Made by a program: the position numbers and the translations under genes. Under the pieces are notes generated by a model. The model searched no databases. It was not told the DNA's origin and was given only the letters and a program-made list of their open reading frames with translations. From Felis catus (lineage: Eukaryota), in the NCBI RefSeq assembly GCF_018350175.1, contig NC_058368.1, forward strand, positions 112,036,001-112,100,000: a DNA stretch of 64,000 bases, written 5' to 3'. This document shows, piece after piece, positions 24,153 to 36,877 of this stretch (position 1 is the stretch's first letter; each line of letters opens with the position of its first letter).

Positions 24153-24684
24153 GGCACCAAGCCCCCAAAGACCTCGGCTCCCTCCGGGAAGCCTTTTCCA
24201 GACTCCCGGGCTGGGAGATGGGTGCAAAGGACTTGGAAAGAAAAGTGTTCAGAAGCAACCCCCCCACCCCCACCCCAGTCCCTTGAAGGAAATCCTTTCT
24301 CCTTGGCACCACCCCGGCCCCTCCTGCCCCACCACGTTAGGGGCCGTTTCCTTCCACCACGGGCCAGGGAACGGAAGCTTGGAGGGCTTGCCGGGTTCCC
24401 AGAGCCAATCTGGGGCAGAGTCCAGCTCCCAAGTCCACGTTCTCCCCCCCACCCCCACCCCGGGTGCGGAGCCTACCTTCTGCCACAGGGCTCTGTGCTG
24501 TCTTCCCCTTAGGTCGCTGCATGGCATGGTTCCAGGTGTCCATCTCTCCTCAGCAAACGAAGTCACACACTGTGGCAGCCCCTTGCTGCCACACCAGATG
24601 AGAGCTCTGCCCTGGCGCGCCACCCCAAGTGTGTGAAGAGAGGGAAAAACGTTGCTGTTTAAAAAGGCTCGCTGCTTTGTAAAA

Positions 24685-24889
24685 GTTTTAATGTTTATTT
24701 ATTTTGGGGAGAGAGAGAGAGAGTGAGCAGGAGAGGGGGCAGAGAGAGAGGGAGACGCAGAATCCGAAGCAGGCTCCAGGCTCCGAGCGGTCAGCACAGA
24801 ATCTGGCGTGGGGCGTGAACCCACGAACCGTGAGATCATGACCTGAGCCGAAGTCGGACGCTTAAGTGACTGAGCCACCCAGGCGCCCC
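24685..24889 (-). mobile_element. Can-SINE
   Basis: Ends GAGCCACCCAGGCGCCCC. (GA)n and TTTATTT tail. Confidence 0.9.
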
Positions 24890-25067
24890 TGACTTCTTTT
24901 TAAAAAGGTAATATATGTGCAGGAATGACAGTTAAACAATAGCAAAGAGAGTCTAATGAAAAGAAAGTCTCCCTGTGTTGACCCAGTTGCCAGCATCCTT
25001 CCCTGGAGGTAACCACTGTTACCATTTGGGGGCTCTTCCAGAAATACATATATGTACTGGTGCATAG

Positions 25068-25069
<2 letters not shown>

Positions 25070-25102
<33 letters not shown>
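25070..25102. repeat. (TG)n microsatellite
   Basis: Directly visible. Confidence 0.95.
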
Positions 25103-25104
<2 letters not shown>

Positions 25105-25517
25105 TAACAATTGGTGGCATATTGTTCTGGATACAGGGTGCCCCAGATCCACCTTCTACCTTTCATCACTCTGCATGGTGCCCCCGGGGCTAATCGTTAT
25201 GGACCTTGTGGGGTTGGGGGGGGGGGTCCCGCGCCCTCTGCTTTCAGGTGGGCTCCATTCATGGCAGGCGGCAGCCAGAGGTGTTTGGTGAGAAGGGGCT
25301 GAAATTGGAGTATTTTTTTCCTGTCTCCTGCATGCTACATTGCCTCTGTCAAAGGTTCTACCAGTTGCCCTGCCCTCCGGCTCCCGTGTGGGTTTGGTGC
25401 CATTCCTTGCTCCTTCAGGGCTTGACTGCTGACAGCTCCCCCCTGTCGCTAACTCCAGAGGACTGCATTATCCTACTTGATTTCCGTTAACTTTGCCCAC
25501 ATTTTTATAAATCCTTC

Positions 25518-25736
25518 CAGGGGTGTGCTGGTAAATGTGTAATCACTGTCTCTCTGGGGAAAACCCTAACCAAACCAATTTGATTTGTAGCATTTCCTGA
25601 TTCCTGTCGTGCAAATAAATGCTCCCATCACGGCTTGTTCTAGGCTTAGCACAGTTTAGCGGCTGGCTTATAAACATTATGAAAATGTAGCCATTGGCTC
25701 TCGTGGGCTGGTAGTGCTGGCCCCAGCACGTCACTG
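25518..25736 (-). mobile_element. hAT-Blackjack MITE, MER63-like
   Basis: Terminal inverted repeats CAGGGGTGTGCTGG ... CCAGCACGTCACTG. Internal TTTGTAGCATTT and CTCCCATCACGGC segments resemble the recalled MER63 consensus. Confidence 0.65.
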
Positions 25737-25839
25737 ACTTTCCTTTATTAAGTTACCTCTAATTGCCCGGTTGGAGTGTGCTATCCATTTAAGGAATACT
25801 AGTCAGATCTTTTGTAGGGTGTCAGAAATGAGTATTTGG

Positions 25840-26043
25840 GGGGCACCTGGGGGCGGCTCAGTCGGTTAAGTGTCCGACTCTTGACGTCAACTCAGGTCGT
25901 GATCTCACGGCTCATGGGTTCGAGCCCCACGTTGGGCTCCATGCTGACAGTGTGGAGGCTGCTTGGGATTCTCTCTCTCCTCTCTCTGTCCCTCCCCAGC
26001 TCACTCTCACTCTCTCAAAATAAATAAACTTAAAACAAAAAAA
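25840..26043 (+). mobile_element. Can-SINE
   Basis: GGGGCACCTGGGGGCGGCTCAGTCGGTTAAG head, (CT)n, A tail. Confidence 0.9.
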
Positions 26044-28759
26044 AGAGAAACGGGCACTTTTGATACTAATAATTCTTTTGATAATGACAATTCTGCCAAA
26101 CTACTCTCCAAAATGGCTGAACCATTGCCGCCTTTGGATCCCAGGCTCCTTGAGCAGGGTTTTTGCATACACTTGGTTGGCTGACTGGAGTGATGAAAAG
26201 AGAGAGTTTGGAGTACTACTTTGTCGGGGGAGACAGGTCAGAGAACATTTGCTTGGGAACAGCCTGTGTGAGTATGTCAACAGGAAGCCTCTCGAAGAGG
26301 AGGAGGGAGGCCTCCCACCTCGGTAGCCCTGTCTAAGCTACAGGTGTATAGATCTCCTCATTTGCAGAACCCAGGATGTGGAGAGGGGCAGGGGTGTGAA
26401 AGGTTGAGGCAGGAAGGACTTGGACTTGGGTCCGACAGCTTTGGCTTGACTCTGGCTTTGCCCCTTGCTGGCTGTGTTGTTTTTTCAAGAGTCTGGGTTT
26501 CAGGTTCCACATCTACAGAATGGGGATAAACGTTCCTCTTTGTAATTTTGAGGATTTGATAAAGTATGTCACGTGTTCCAGGGAGGGCCCGCACATTTTA
26601 GCTGCCCTACGAGTGATAGTTTTGGTGATAATGATGATGAGTGGCCCATAGAGGAATTTGGGGCCCAGAGAAGGCAAGAGATCTTTGCCTTTAGAAGGTG
26701 TTTATTCTTCAAGGCACTAGAAACAGCCTCTGTCCTACCTGGGAGGGTGTGTTTCCAGAACCCAGGCGCCTAAGTCTGCCTTTGGCTTTTCTTTCAGGAT
26801 ACGTATGCTCTTTTAATACAAGTGCATTCGGCCAATTTCCACAGAGTGGCTTCTTCAGAAACCTGCCTGGCATCTTATTTGGAAGGAATACAGTTGAGGC
26901 TTGTTTGTGAAACTACAATGCATACATTTCTTTGTATTTAGAAACCTGAGTTAAAAAAAATATGTGTTTCTGAGTGTACTGATGTTTTTCAAAAATGGAG
27001 GTTTCAAGGTTCTGAAAACCAAACTGGTCCTACCAGAATGGGGTAGAAAGTGGGAACTGCCCACCTCCTGAAAATCTTCCACTGACAGTTTGTGAACTTG
27101 CAGGAACGACGTTGAGATGTGGAGGAGAAAAGCGATCCAAGATTTCTTCCGGGGATTAAAAGTGAGTCCAAAATTGCAAGGACTCGGGAGAAAAAGGCTC
27201 TTGTTAAGCTCCGCTTTGAATAACCGAGCCCCTTTCTCTCTGAGCGCTAAGTGTTGAGATGCAGCGTCCTTACTGCCTAGAAACCCAACAAAGACTGGCT
27301 TGGTGGCTGCTTTGAGGTTTCTGTTCTATGTAGAATTTTAACCGTGAAAAGACACAAAGATTGGTTTCTTCTGAGTCCTTAACGGAACACCACAAAGGGA
27401 CACAATTAGTGGGGAGCTGGGCTGCTGTCTCTCACCAGCTATGCCGCTGCTGCTCAGAACCCCTCCAGGAGCCACGTGGGGTACACCACCCGGCCCCTCT
27501 CTATCTCCGGTGCTTGGAAATGTGCCACAGACTCAACTGTGCAGGTGTGGAGATTGCTGGACTCCAGAGAGGCCAGGCGCTGTGGGGTCTTTATCTGTAA
27601 GCCTGGTTGTGCCACCTGCTGGATGTCCTAATCTGTAAAATGGGATAATAATGCCCGGATTGAAGGCCTGCTCTTTGGATGAGGTGAGAAATCATGGACA
27701 GCGTTGGCTTGGAGTAAGCGCCCTATAGTAGTAATCCTTTCTGTAGTATTAGTGTTCTTACTGTTCCAGGCTTTATGGTACAGATATCCTTCTGCCGGAC
27801 TTTCAGAGCCCTTCAGACCATTTCCAGCTCTGCATCCTCTCCTGTGGCTGGGCAGGTCTCTGCGATTTTCCCGTTCATCTTCCCATTATACATGTGGATA
27901 AGAGGCCATGCCCCTGATCAGGAACAAAGCTCTGGTTCTATCTGAAGTCACCTCCCATAGAAATAAAGGTTTTGTGAGCTCTCCTCTCTGGGGATCATTG
28001 CAAGAGTTAATGGAGACAGTGGAAACAAAGCATCTGGCTCAGTGCCTGACCCCTGGGAGATGCCGAGAAGGGCTCTTTACTTTGCTTCTGCTTGGACCTT
28101 GAGCTGGAAAGGACAGCTAAACATACAGAGTACCTCCCACAAAGGCCAGGTGCTGCCTCTACACGTAACCCAGGTGACCTCGTTGCCTCACCTGGTTCGT
28201 GGAGAATAGCATAGGGAGCACGTGTGTGGATTTTGTATTAGGACTACTGGATTCCAGTCCTTTGTCGCTTTCACCAAAAAGGTGTAAACTCCTTCAAACC
28301 TTAGATTACTCATTTCTAAAAGGGTTGATAAAGATGTCCATAACATTTAAATTGTTTCAGGGTGAAATGTCACGAAGGATGTAAAATATGTGGCCCACAG
28401 TAAGAACTCAGTAAATCATTGCTGGTGTTCCCCGAGTGTCTGAATAGATATTTTTGTAGTTGGCGTAGGAATAGGTTGTCTGACTATGTGTATATAATAA
28501 ATTGAAGTATGTACCATAACATATTCAATTGTATCATAACCTCTTGAATTTGCTTAGTTATTTGTTTATTTATACCTATCGTAAATAATGCTGCAGTGAA
28601 CATCTCCATGCAAGTATTATTTTTTCCTGAGTGGGATTCTTTTCTTAGGATGGACTCCTAGAAATCATATTGGCTGAAAGGATATATCCTGCAGTCCCTG
28701 AGGATATTTCCGTATTTCCACAAGGCTGCAAAGAGAGATTTGAGCTGCTAGGAATACTC

Positions 28760-28983
28760 TTTTTAAAAAAAAGTTTTTAAAATGTTTATTTATTTTTGAG
28801 AGAGAGAGACACAGAGTGCGAGTGGGGGAGGGGCGGAGAGAGAGGGAGACACAGAATCTGAAGCAGGCTCCAGGCTCTGAGCTGTCAGTACAGAGCCTGA
28901 CGTGGGGCTCGAACCCACAAACCATGAGATCGTGACCTGAGCTGAAGTCCAGCGCTTAACCGTCTGAGCCACCCAGGTGCCCC
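28760..28983 (-). mobile_element. Can-SINE
   Basis: Ends GAGCCACCCAGGTGCCCC. Confidence 0.9.
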
Positions 28984-29079
28984 TATGAATAGTTAGTCTT
29001 ACAAGCCTCATTAAAAAGTTATTGCGAGCATCATTTATTCCCTACGACTGGGCTTAATATGTTTTCTCTTTTATTCATA

Positions 29080-29640
29080 TATTATGTCTCTTGATTAAAA
29101 GTGACAGAGACCTGACTCTAAGCAAAACCAGAATGAGTTGGCTCCTGTAATTGAGAAGAGAGAGCGGGTGCAAGTTCAGGCAGAGTTTGATCCAGGGGCT
29201 AACCCATGTCGTTTTTGTAGTCCCGGCCTTCCGTTTCTCTGCTCCGATTCCTTCTGTGTTGGCTTTGTGCTCAGGCAGGTTTTCTTTCAACGATCCCACA
29301 CATGACCTCTGGTGCTCTGAGTCCACGTTCTTATGACTTGTGACCAGAGAAAAGAGAAGCCTCTTTCTCCCGCTTCCACCTAGTAAATCTTGTGATGTTC
29401 CTGATTGGCTTTCTTGCGTCCTGTGTCCGTGTCTCAGCCAATCAGCATGCTTGGTGGAGGATGCTGGGCCCCGGCTGGCGGTCCTGGTTCAGGGACCGTG
29501 CCTACTGCTGGGGTCAGGTGGGCGTGGACGTCGTGATTCACAGCCCCCTCAGGCTTTCCGGGCTGGGGCACGGGCAGGGGCAGGGGCTTGCAGAGGAAAG
29601 TGCCAGAGGCTGGCAGGGTGTTACTGCCGAAGCGGAAAGT
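29080..29640. mobile_element. Old MaLR LTR relic (MLT1I/J/K-like)
   Basis: AAGTGACAGAGACCTGACTC..AAGCAAAA, TTCAGGCA..TTTGATCCAGGGGCT, CTGATTGG..AGCCAATCA. Confidence 0.55.
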
Positions 29641-29663
29641 TAGGCAGCATGCATGTTGTCAAG

Positions 29664-29682
29664 TCACCACAAGGTGGCGCTC
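29664..29682 (+). promoter_or_regulatory. CTCF-like motif (forward)
   Basis: TCACCACAAGGTGGCGCTC in a locally CpG-retaining patch. Confidence 0.6.
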
Positions 29683-31544
29683 TCGCTCTTTCTCCTTCAC
29701 GTGAACACTGCCTTTTGCCCGGGTCTTCCTCTGCGTCCGTTACCCCGCAGATCTTGAGTGGGACTCCTCCCTGGTGGCTCCCAGAAGAATTCAGACCTTG
29801 CCGCCGGTAGTGAAAGGAGCAGGCCATGGGAGGGGTTGTATGCCACGAGGGGCGGTGTGCCAGGAAACGTGGTGCTGTGTGGACATCACCCCAGTGGTGA
29901 TGTTCCGACAGTGTATTAAGCCCCTTTCCCTCAGCTCCCCTCAGCCTGATTCCTCAGTATAAAAGTTCTGTGAGTTCGTTCCCAGAGTCCATTTCATGAA
30001 AAAGAGCGTTTGAGTTAGTCAGGGATGTGGGTGTCCTCTCAGGAATATTTGAGAAATCTCAGGCCTCGGGCTTCCTGAACCTTCTCTCCCGCACCACGCA
30101 ACCTCCTGTGCTGAGGAGGCCAGCAGTGGGGTTGGGGACACACTGGGAGAGCCACCCCTGGGTTCAGGTGGACCGGGCTGTGAGTGCAAGGCCACCCTCT
30201 GGTCAGCTTTCCGATGACTTGGGTGAATGTTGCAGTGTTAGGGCCAGCATGACCCTGGGGGACCTGGAACCTTCTGGTCACGTGTGGACCGCAACGTATC
30301 TTCAGTTTCCACAGGGTAGATTAAATGCTCTTAAGGAAGAACCTGAATTTCATGGCTCAGCTCTAGAAGCATTTTCTCACACACCGGCCCCCCGGTGACC
30401 CCTCTCCTTGCTTTCCTTTCTCTACTGGTCTTGAAACAACTCCTCTGCCCCAGGCACTTGCCAGGGGCTGGGAATTCAGAGACAAAACCCATTCACTATT
30501 ACCAGAGATCCCACAGCCTGGGTGCAGTGACAGACGTTTCTAGAAATAAAAATGCCATTCAGTGTAGAAATGCCGAAGGTGTGGTGAAATAGTACGGCTT
30601 GGACAGGGCTGAGTTGAAGTTGTGGCTCAGCTGTTTAGTACCTCGGCTGTTATGCGAGTGACGGACTCTCCGTCAGACTCCATTTTGTTTCATAAAACAG
30701 GGCTGACAGTACAGACGTCGATGCCTAGTTCATAGAGTTGACGTGAAAATTTAACGAGAACATGTGTAAGGCACTTTGCCCCGAGCTTAACACAGGGAGA
30801 TGTGTAAGTCTTATTGATTGGCTTATCTTGGATGCGATTTGCAAATGTCTCAAAGCTGAGAGACAGAGTTAATATACCGGGTGATAGCATGTGAATTTCA
30901 AACACTCCCGAGGGGTTTAGAATGTCAGGGAAGAAATCGGTGAGACTAAATTTGATTGGGACAGATGTATAGTGGTGGGCTTAGGTTCAAAAGATCAGGT
31001 GGCCGGATGAAAGGTTGGAGTGGGAGTATGTGTGGCATGAAACTCTGCTCTTGTATGATGAGGCCTTGGGGATCAGTTCAATGCTTGCCTAATGGATGTG
31101 ATGAGGTGGCTAAGAACAGTAGCTCAGACTTAGGAGGGTCCCTACAAGCACAGTGTCCTAGATAAAGGACCCACAGCCATGCAGGAGGTGGTTTGGGCAC
31201 GGCGACCTGGATGGCAGATGGCCTGGAAGCCATCACCTGGAATGGCTGGGAGGGCACACAGGTTAGCCTGGAGAGATTAGACCCGTCAGAGCATGGGTCC
31301 TGCTTTCCACAAATGTCAAGCGTTGGCCGCTGAAGAAGGTATCATACTCCCTCTGTGTTGCTCCAAAGATAGACCTTGGGAAGCATCTTTCAGTTTCCTG
31401 ATTCAAGGAAGAATCATACAACTTTTTAGCACTTTTCCAACCACGGAGTGAGCTGCTTTATGCCTTGTGAGGCTCCCGGTAGTAGTAGATGCATTCAGGC
31501 AGCCTCTGGATGCCCCATCTGGGGTGGTCTAAGATAGGACTTGC

Positions 31545-31712
31545 TCACACAGAGTCTAAGGAACCGTAAAGATGACTTCGGGATAATCCCAGAATCTCCT
31601 GAAATTGTTTGTAAAATAGCCTGTGCATGTTTTTCGGGGAGAAGGAAACAGCATTCATCAGGAAATTTTGGGGGAGGGGCGCTAACATCCCAAAGCAGTT
31701 TAAAAACACATA
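31545..31712 (-). mobile_element. hAT-Charlie relic (MER103-like)
   Basis: CCTGAAATTGT..AAAAT..TGTGCATGTTTTC.GGGAGA resembles the recalled MER103 consensus. Confidence 0.45.
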
Positions 31713-32049
31713 ATTTTAAAGAAATTTAGCTATTGGGTGTAAGGTATGACTGTACTTTAAGGTGGTTTTTCTCCCAGACGTAAGAGTCTTTGTTAAACTG
31801 TTAAATATATTCTTGTGAGTAACGTGAAATTGTTGTTATTATTAGCTGCCAGTTTATGTGTGCCTATTATGTGCCACACAAAGTTTTACATATTCTACTT
31901 GCATTGTCTCATTTAGTGTTTTAAAAAAATCTTTGAGGTTAAGTATTATTTTTTTCCCATTTTATGTGATGAAACTGAGGTAGGAAAGTTCTCAGAAGGT
32001 TCCAAATTCTTTTCTTGATAGATATGTGTCCCCACATGTAGCTTTGTAA

Positions 32050-32068
32050 AAAATGTTTATTTATTTAT

Positions 32069-32120
<52 letters not shown>

Positions 32121-32253
32121 AGAGAGAATCCCGAGGATGCCCCGTGCTGTCAGCACAGAGCTGGATGGCTGGGCTCAATCCCACAAACTACGAGATTGTG
32201 ACCTGAGCCCAAATCAAGAGTCAGACGCCTAACTGATGAGCCACCCAGGTGCC
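32050..32253 (-). mobile_element. Can-SINE with expanded (GA)n
   Basis: TTTATTT tail, long (GA)n, ends GAGCCACCCAGGTGCC. Confidence 0.88.
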
Positions 32254-32301
32254 ACTGGCCCTTTTATGCCTAGCAGACGTGATGTTATGTTGGAAATTTT
32301 A

Positions 32302-32479
32302 TTTATTTTTGTTGTTAATTTTAGAGAGAGAGCATGTGCAGGAAAGAGGGGTAGAGGGAGAGAGAGAATCTTAAGCAGGCTCCATGCTCATCGAGGGGCT
32401 CAATCCCCCAACCCTGGGATCATGACCTGAGCTGAAATCAAGAGTCAGATGCTCAATCGACTGAGCCACCAGGTGCCTC
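32302..32479 (-). mobile_element. Can-SINE
   Basis: TSD TGTTGGAAATTTTA at 32288-32301 and 32481-32494. Confidence 0.88.
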
Positions 32480-32657
32480 GTGTTGGAAATTTTAAAGGCA
32501 GGATGATAATAATAACAATAAGCAACCATGTATTGACTTTTACTTTCTGTGTTGAGACATTTATTTCATTTAATGCCCACTACAGCCCTATAAAGTTGGG
32601 CTGGGAGAAATTAAGTCACTTGCCCATGGTCATTTAGCTTTTAAGGAGAGGACCCAG

Positions 32658-32864
32658 GGGGTGCCTTGGGTGGCTCAGTTCATTAAGCATCTGACTTCAG
32701 CTTGAGTCGTGACCTCACATTTCTTGAATTTGAGACCCACATCAGGCTTTCTGCTGTCAGAGCAGAGGCTGCTTCGGATCATCTGTCCCTCGTCCCCCCC
32801 CCCCCCCACTTGTTCTCTCTCTCTCTCTCTCTCTCTCTCAAAATAAATAAATAAACTTAAAAAA
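32658..32864 (+). mobile_element. Can-SINE
   Basis: TSD AAGGAGAGGA(C/G)CCAGG on both sides. Confidence 0.88.
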
Positions 32865-33959
32865 AAGGAGAGGAGCCAGGATTTGAATAGGCCCATCTGG
32901 CTCGCAGCCTGTGTTCTCAGCCTTGTAGACACTTGGGGATGGGACGTGGAGCTGGGGCCTGGGTCCCTTCTGTGTATCTGTCCCACGAGGGGCTCTTTGA
33001 ATGGCTGGGGGAGGGGAGAGGTCCAGAAAACCCCTTAAGGATCTGGGACAGGTCAGGTCAGGCAGAGCAGCAGCTGGATGTACCCTGAAGCCTCGGGAGC
33101 AGGACGCCAGCCTATGGGGCTAAACACGGAGAGGACAGCTGAGTCAGGGAGCCTGAAGGACTCCCGTGCCCCCCAGCGCTGCCCCAGCTCAGGTGGCCCC
33201 GCGAGGTGAGGCTCCAGCCTAGCCTGCGAGTTGGGGCCGTGCCCTCTCTCACCTCAGCTCCTTCCAGGCTCAGAAGGAGCCTTTAAGGAAAGCACTCCAG
33301 ACTTGACCAAATCCGGCAGCAGGCAGTCGGAGGGGAGTAGTTTTCAGAACTGATGTAGGGGGAGGGAATGCACTGTGGGTCTGCGGGGGGTTTCCCCAGT
33401 CCCCCGGATATGCTTCAGCTCTCCATCCCTGAATCACAATAGGATGTCGGTGGCCCACCCACATCCCCGTTACCCCTCACAGAGCGTGCCAACCGAATTG
33501 TCAAGGAACGATTTACCTCAGTCCTCTGGGAAGTACAGCCCCTTGGCTGATTTTGTTCTCTTGAAACCAGAGTCTGATACTCCAGTTGTCTGGGGAATTT
33601 CAGACACACGGGGAGGGGGTAGGGATTTGGATTTGGACCTTCACTGAACAGATGGGTCTCCAGAGTACCGTGTGCCTGCCCCCCCTCCTCCCCCAAAGAG
33701 AACAGTCCATGGGTGTCAGTCAGCTCCAGTCTTTATCTAGCCAGAGAGGCAGGCCAGGGTGGAGCAGGAGACACCGGGAGACTGCCCCGGATTCTGTAGG
33801 GTGCTCTTTGGCGTTAAAGAGGCACCATTTCTTCCAAAGGGCCAACGCTTGCTTCGAACTGGGTTGTTCAAGGGCGGAAATTGAAGAAGCATGTCTCAGA
33901 TACCGCACAATCCCATGCCCTGTGTACTCTCCTGCCAGGCCCAGTGTACTCACTGTGTG

Positions 33960-34086
33960 ATCACAGTGTATCAACCACCCTAGAACTCTTTGAAAGGAGC
34001 AAAAGGGAACACTCGTCATCATTTCCCTGGGACAGCAGTCATAGACCAGGCTGGTCCCAGACAAACCAGGACATATGGTCACCCTA
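33960..34086 (-). mobile_element. hAT-Blackjack MITE, MER94-like
   Basis: Terminus GTCCCAGACAAACCAGGACATATGGTCACCCTA matches the recalled MER94 TIR region. Confidence 0.6.
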
Positions 34087-35371
34087 CCTGGAAGTGTCCA
34101 AACGAAAATCAAGACCCCCTTGGCCACTGTGTGAACATGCACAAGTTACTCAACTTTCTAAGCCTTAAGTTCTCCATCTGTAAAACGGGGCTACGGACAG
34201 CGTTTGTTGAGAAAGCACTCGATAAATACCATTTGTGGTGGCGGTTACAGTTTCTATTAAACTTGGTTGCCCTTCCAAGTGCGGGGAATCAGCAGGGTTG
34301 GTATCTTAGCAGCTATCAAGGACTTGGAGGGTATTCTTTCTCTCTTTATTCTCTCGGTTTATGATATTTTTTTGACTGTATTAATGCAAGCAATTAGGTC
34401 TGTCTTTGCAGGCCATTATTTCGAGGGGACAAAAGCCTTTGTAATTTAGAAACATTCTTAGGAAACAATGGATTGAAAGAAAGAGCCTGTTGCTTGCTTC
34501 CACCTTCCCTTTTGCTCCAGGGGAATAACGTTGAATAGCAGATGAGAGTTTCATTTGCATCCAATTAGACATGCCTGCAACTCATCCCACAATGTCAACT
34601 CTCATTAGGAAGTGGGGTTGATTCTTTCAAATCCAGCTTTGAATTAATTTTTTGAAACCAAAAATGGCTTCACCTTGTTTCGAGCTTAAAGGTCGAGTCG
34701 AAGTTGATGCTAGCACAGCACAGCCATCTTGCTTGCTCAGCCTCCTTGGTGGCTGCGGGAAAAGGCTGTGGCTGCTGGTTCTCAAGCAGAATTTTCGTCT
34801 GCCGGACGTGGGCCAAGAGCAGCCGTTGCGCACTTGTCGGGCTCACTTTGTTGGGTCAGCGGGACAAGCCCGGAGGAGTGTGTGGTGATTGCAATCTTTA
34901 GCCTCCAAAAGACGAATGAGGCACACTCAGGACAAGCCTGGCTAAGCCTGGCGCTCTGGGTGGTCCAGGTTAAGTGCATGATTGATCTCTGTTCTCTAAA
35001 CAAGAGTAAAGCCCCAGGTGAGGGCAGAGCAGTCTTCTGTGGGCCTGGGGTCAGCAGGAACCGGGAGGCAGTGTGCACTTCAGGGCGCAAAAGCCCTGCC
35101 AGATACAGCTGGGTTCAAATCCTGTGTCTACTGCCTGGTAGCTTCATGAATGTGGACAGTGCATTCATTTCACTGAGCCTTGGTTTTCTCATCCGTGAAA
35201 GGGAGCTACTGATAGAAGCCCCTGCTATGGCTGTTTGCAGGATTCAGTGTGATAAGGCACAGCAGGTCCTCAGTACAGGGTTTCACTGGCTGTCTGGTTC
35301 ACTGCTGTTACTGTTCTCACACGGCCCCCGGGGGACCTTGGAGAGCCTTGGGCTCAGGTACATCTGCTCTT

Positions 35372-35390
35372 TGCTGCCCTCTGGTGGCAA
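35372..35390 (-). promoter_or_regulatory. CTCF-like motif (reverse)
   Basis: Minus strand TTGCCACCAGAGGGCAGCA, near-consensus. Confidence 0.65.
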
Positions 35391-36418
35391 ATATCAGAGC
35401 GCTCTGGAGAGCAGGAAGCTGGGAGAGGTTACCTTCAAAGTAAGACAATTTGGGTTTTCTTGCTTTCTTGATGACCTCTGAGAATATCTTTTCAACTTTT
35501 CAAAAAGAGGAGAACAGGAGAATACCCTGAGGTACCTAAAGCGGGATGATGTCTTCCTTGTGTGGGAGGTTGCCCAGAAAAGCCGTGGTCGGCTTGCTTG
35601 CGCATAAGGTTGGGGAGGCTGGCCGCAGCCATGGATCACTGGGCAGGCCAGACAGCAGACAAAGACAAGGGAGAGGAAGAGACATGCATGAAATGGGGGA
35701 TAGATGTTGGAGCTGTGGCTGGTTTCCCTGGACATTCAACTGGGGCATGGCTGGTGTTCTGAATTCCTCCAGCAGTCCCTGTGGTATTCCCTGTCTTTGC
35801 TGGCCTGCCTTATCGCCACTGGACACAGAAACCACAGGCCACATCAGAGCCAGGCTGGAATCAACACTTCCTGTTTTTGTCTGAGAACTACTGGCAGTTT
35901 GCCATGAGCCCTCTCCAGGCTGGTAGAGGTCTTGGTCAGGGGTTGCTTCCTCCAAGACTAGGTGGGCTGTCCCTTTGGAGTAGCCCCCAAATTGGCCACG
36001 CAGCCCTCTAGCATAGTGTGCTTAGACCAGCGGGCAGTTTCAGCTGGGTTTGTGACTCCCTCGTAGCCTGGGAGTTTCTGGAGGGGTCATTCCCAGCAAC
36101 CAACACGGTGTGCGACATGTAGCAAATGCTTCCTAATGAGACAGTGGCTGGGTGGATGAACCATGGACTCTGGCTGTGAGGACGGGACGGCACCTCACCA
36201 GACCTGCGTTCCCCACGGTGTTCGCTGCAGGCCTCTGCACGCAGTGGTAGCTCAGTAAGTGGGTGCAGAGAGCGTGCTCTGAGGGTGCTCCAGACAAAGA
36301 TTAATTCACAGTGTTTGAGTACCTCACAGGTGCTGTCCTAGGTTCTGGGAGGTTTTTACAAAGAAGTGTAAGACATGGTCCCTGGTCCTAGGAACACATC
36401 TTGTTGGATATTCAAGTC

Positions 36419-36645
36419 GGGGGCGCCTGGGTGGCTCAGTCGGTTGGGCGTCCGACTTCGGCTCAGGTCACGATCTCGCGGTCCGTGAGTTCGAGCCCCG
36501 CGTCGGGCTCTGGGCTGACAGCTCAGAACCTGGAGCCTGCTTCGGATTCTGTATCTCGCTCTTCCTCTCTGCCCCTCCCCTGCTCATGCTCTGTCTCTCT
36601 CTGTCTCAAAAATAAATAAAACGTTAAAAAAAATTTTTTAAAAAA
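36419..36645 (+). mobile_element. Can-SINE (SINEC_Fc-like), young and CpG-rich
   Basis: GGGGCGCCTGGGTGGCTCAGTCGGTTGGGCGTCCGACTTCGGCTCAGG head and A tail. Confidence 0.92.
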
Positions 36646-36721
36646 TGTAAATTGTGGAGAACAAGTCATATAATAACTCAGGGCCAAGATGAGCTGTCTG
36701 GATGGGTGTTAGAGTTGCTAG

Positions 36722-36877
36722 AAGGCTGGGTCCATGGGCTTGCCACATGTGAGTTACACAGAGCCCTGTGCTGGGGTTTGATGCTCTGGTCTTGCTGTCT
36801 TGACCTTTTTAATTTTTGACTAGAGGGTCCTGCATCTTTCTTTTGGCCCGGGCCTTGCAGTTATGTAGCTGGTCCTG
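36722..36877 (+). mobile_element. hAT-Tip100 MITE, MER45A-like
   Basis: GGTTTGATGCTCTG..GTCTTG..AATTTTTGA, ending TTATGTAGCTGGTCCTG. Confidence 0.6.

Noticed and set aside
34729..35481. 250-aa ORF
   Set aside because: Non-ATG start, runs through a MIR, no protein-family resemblance.
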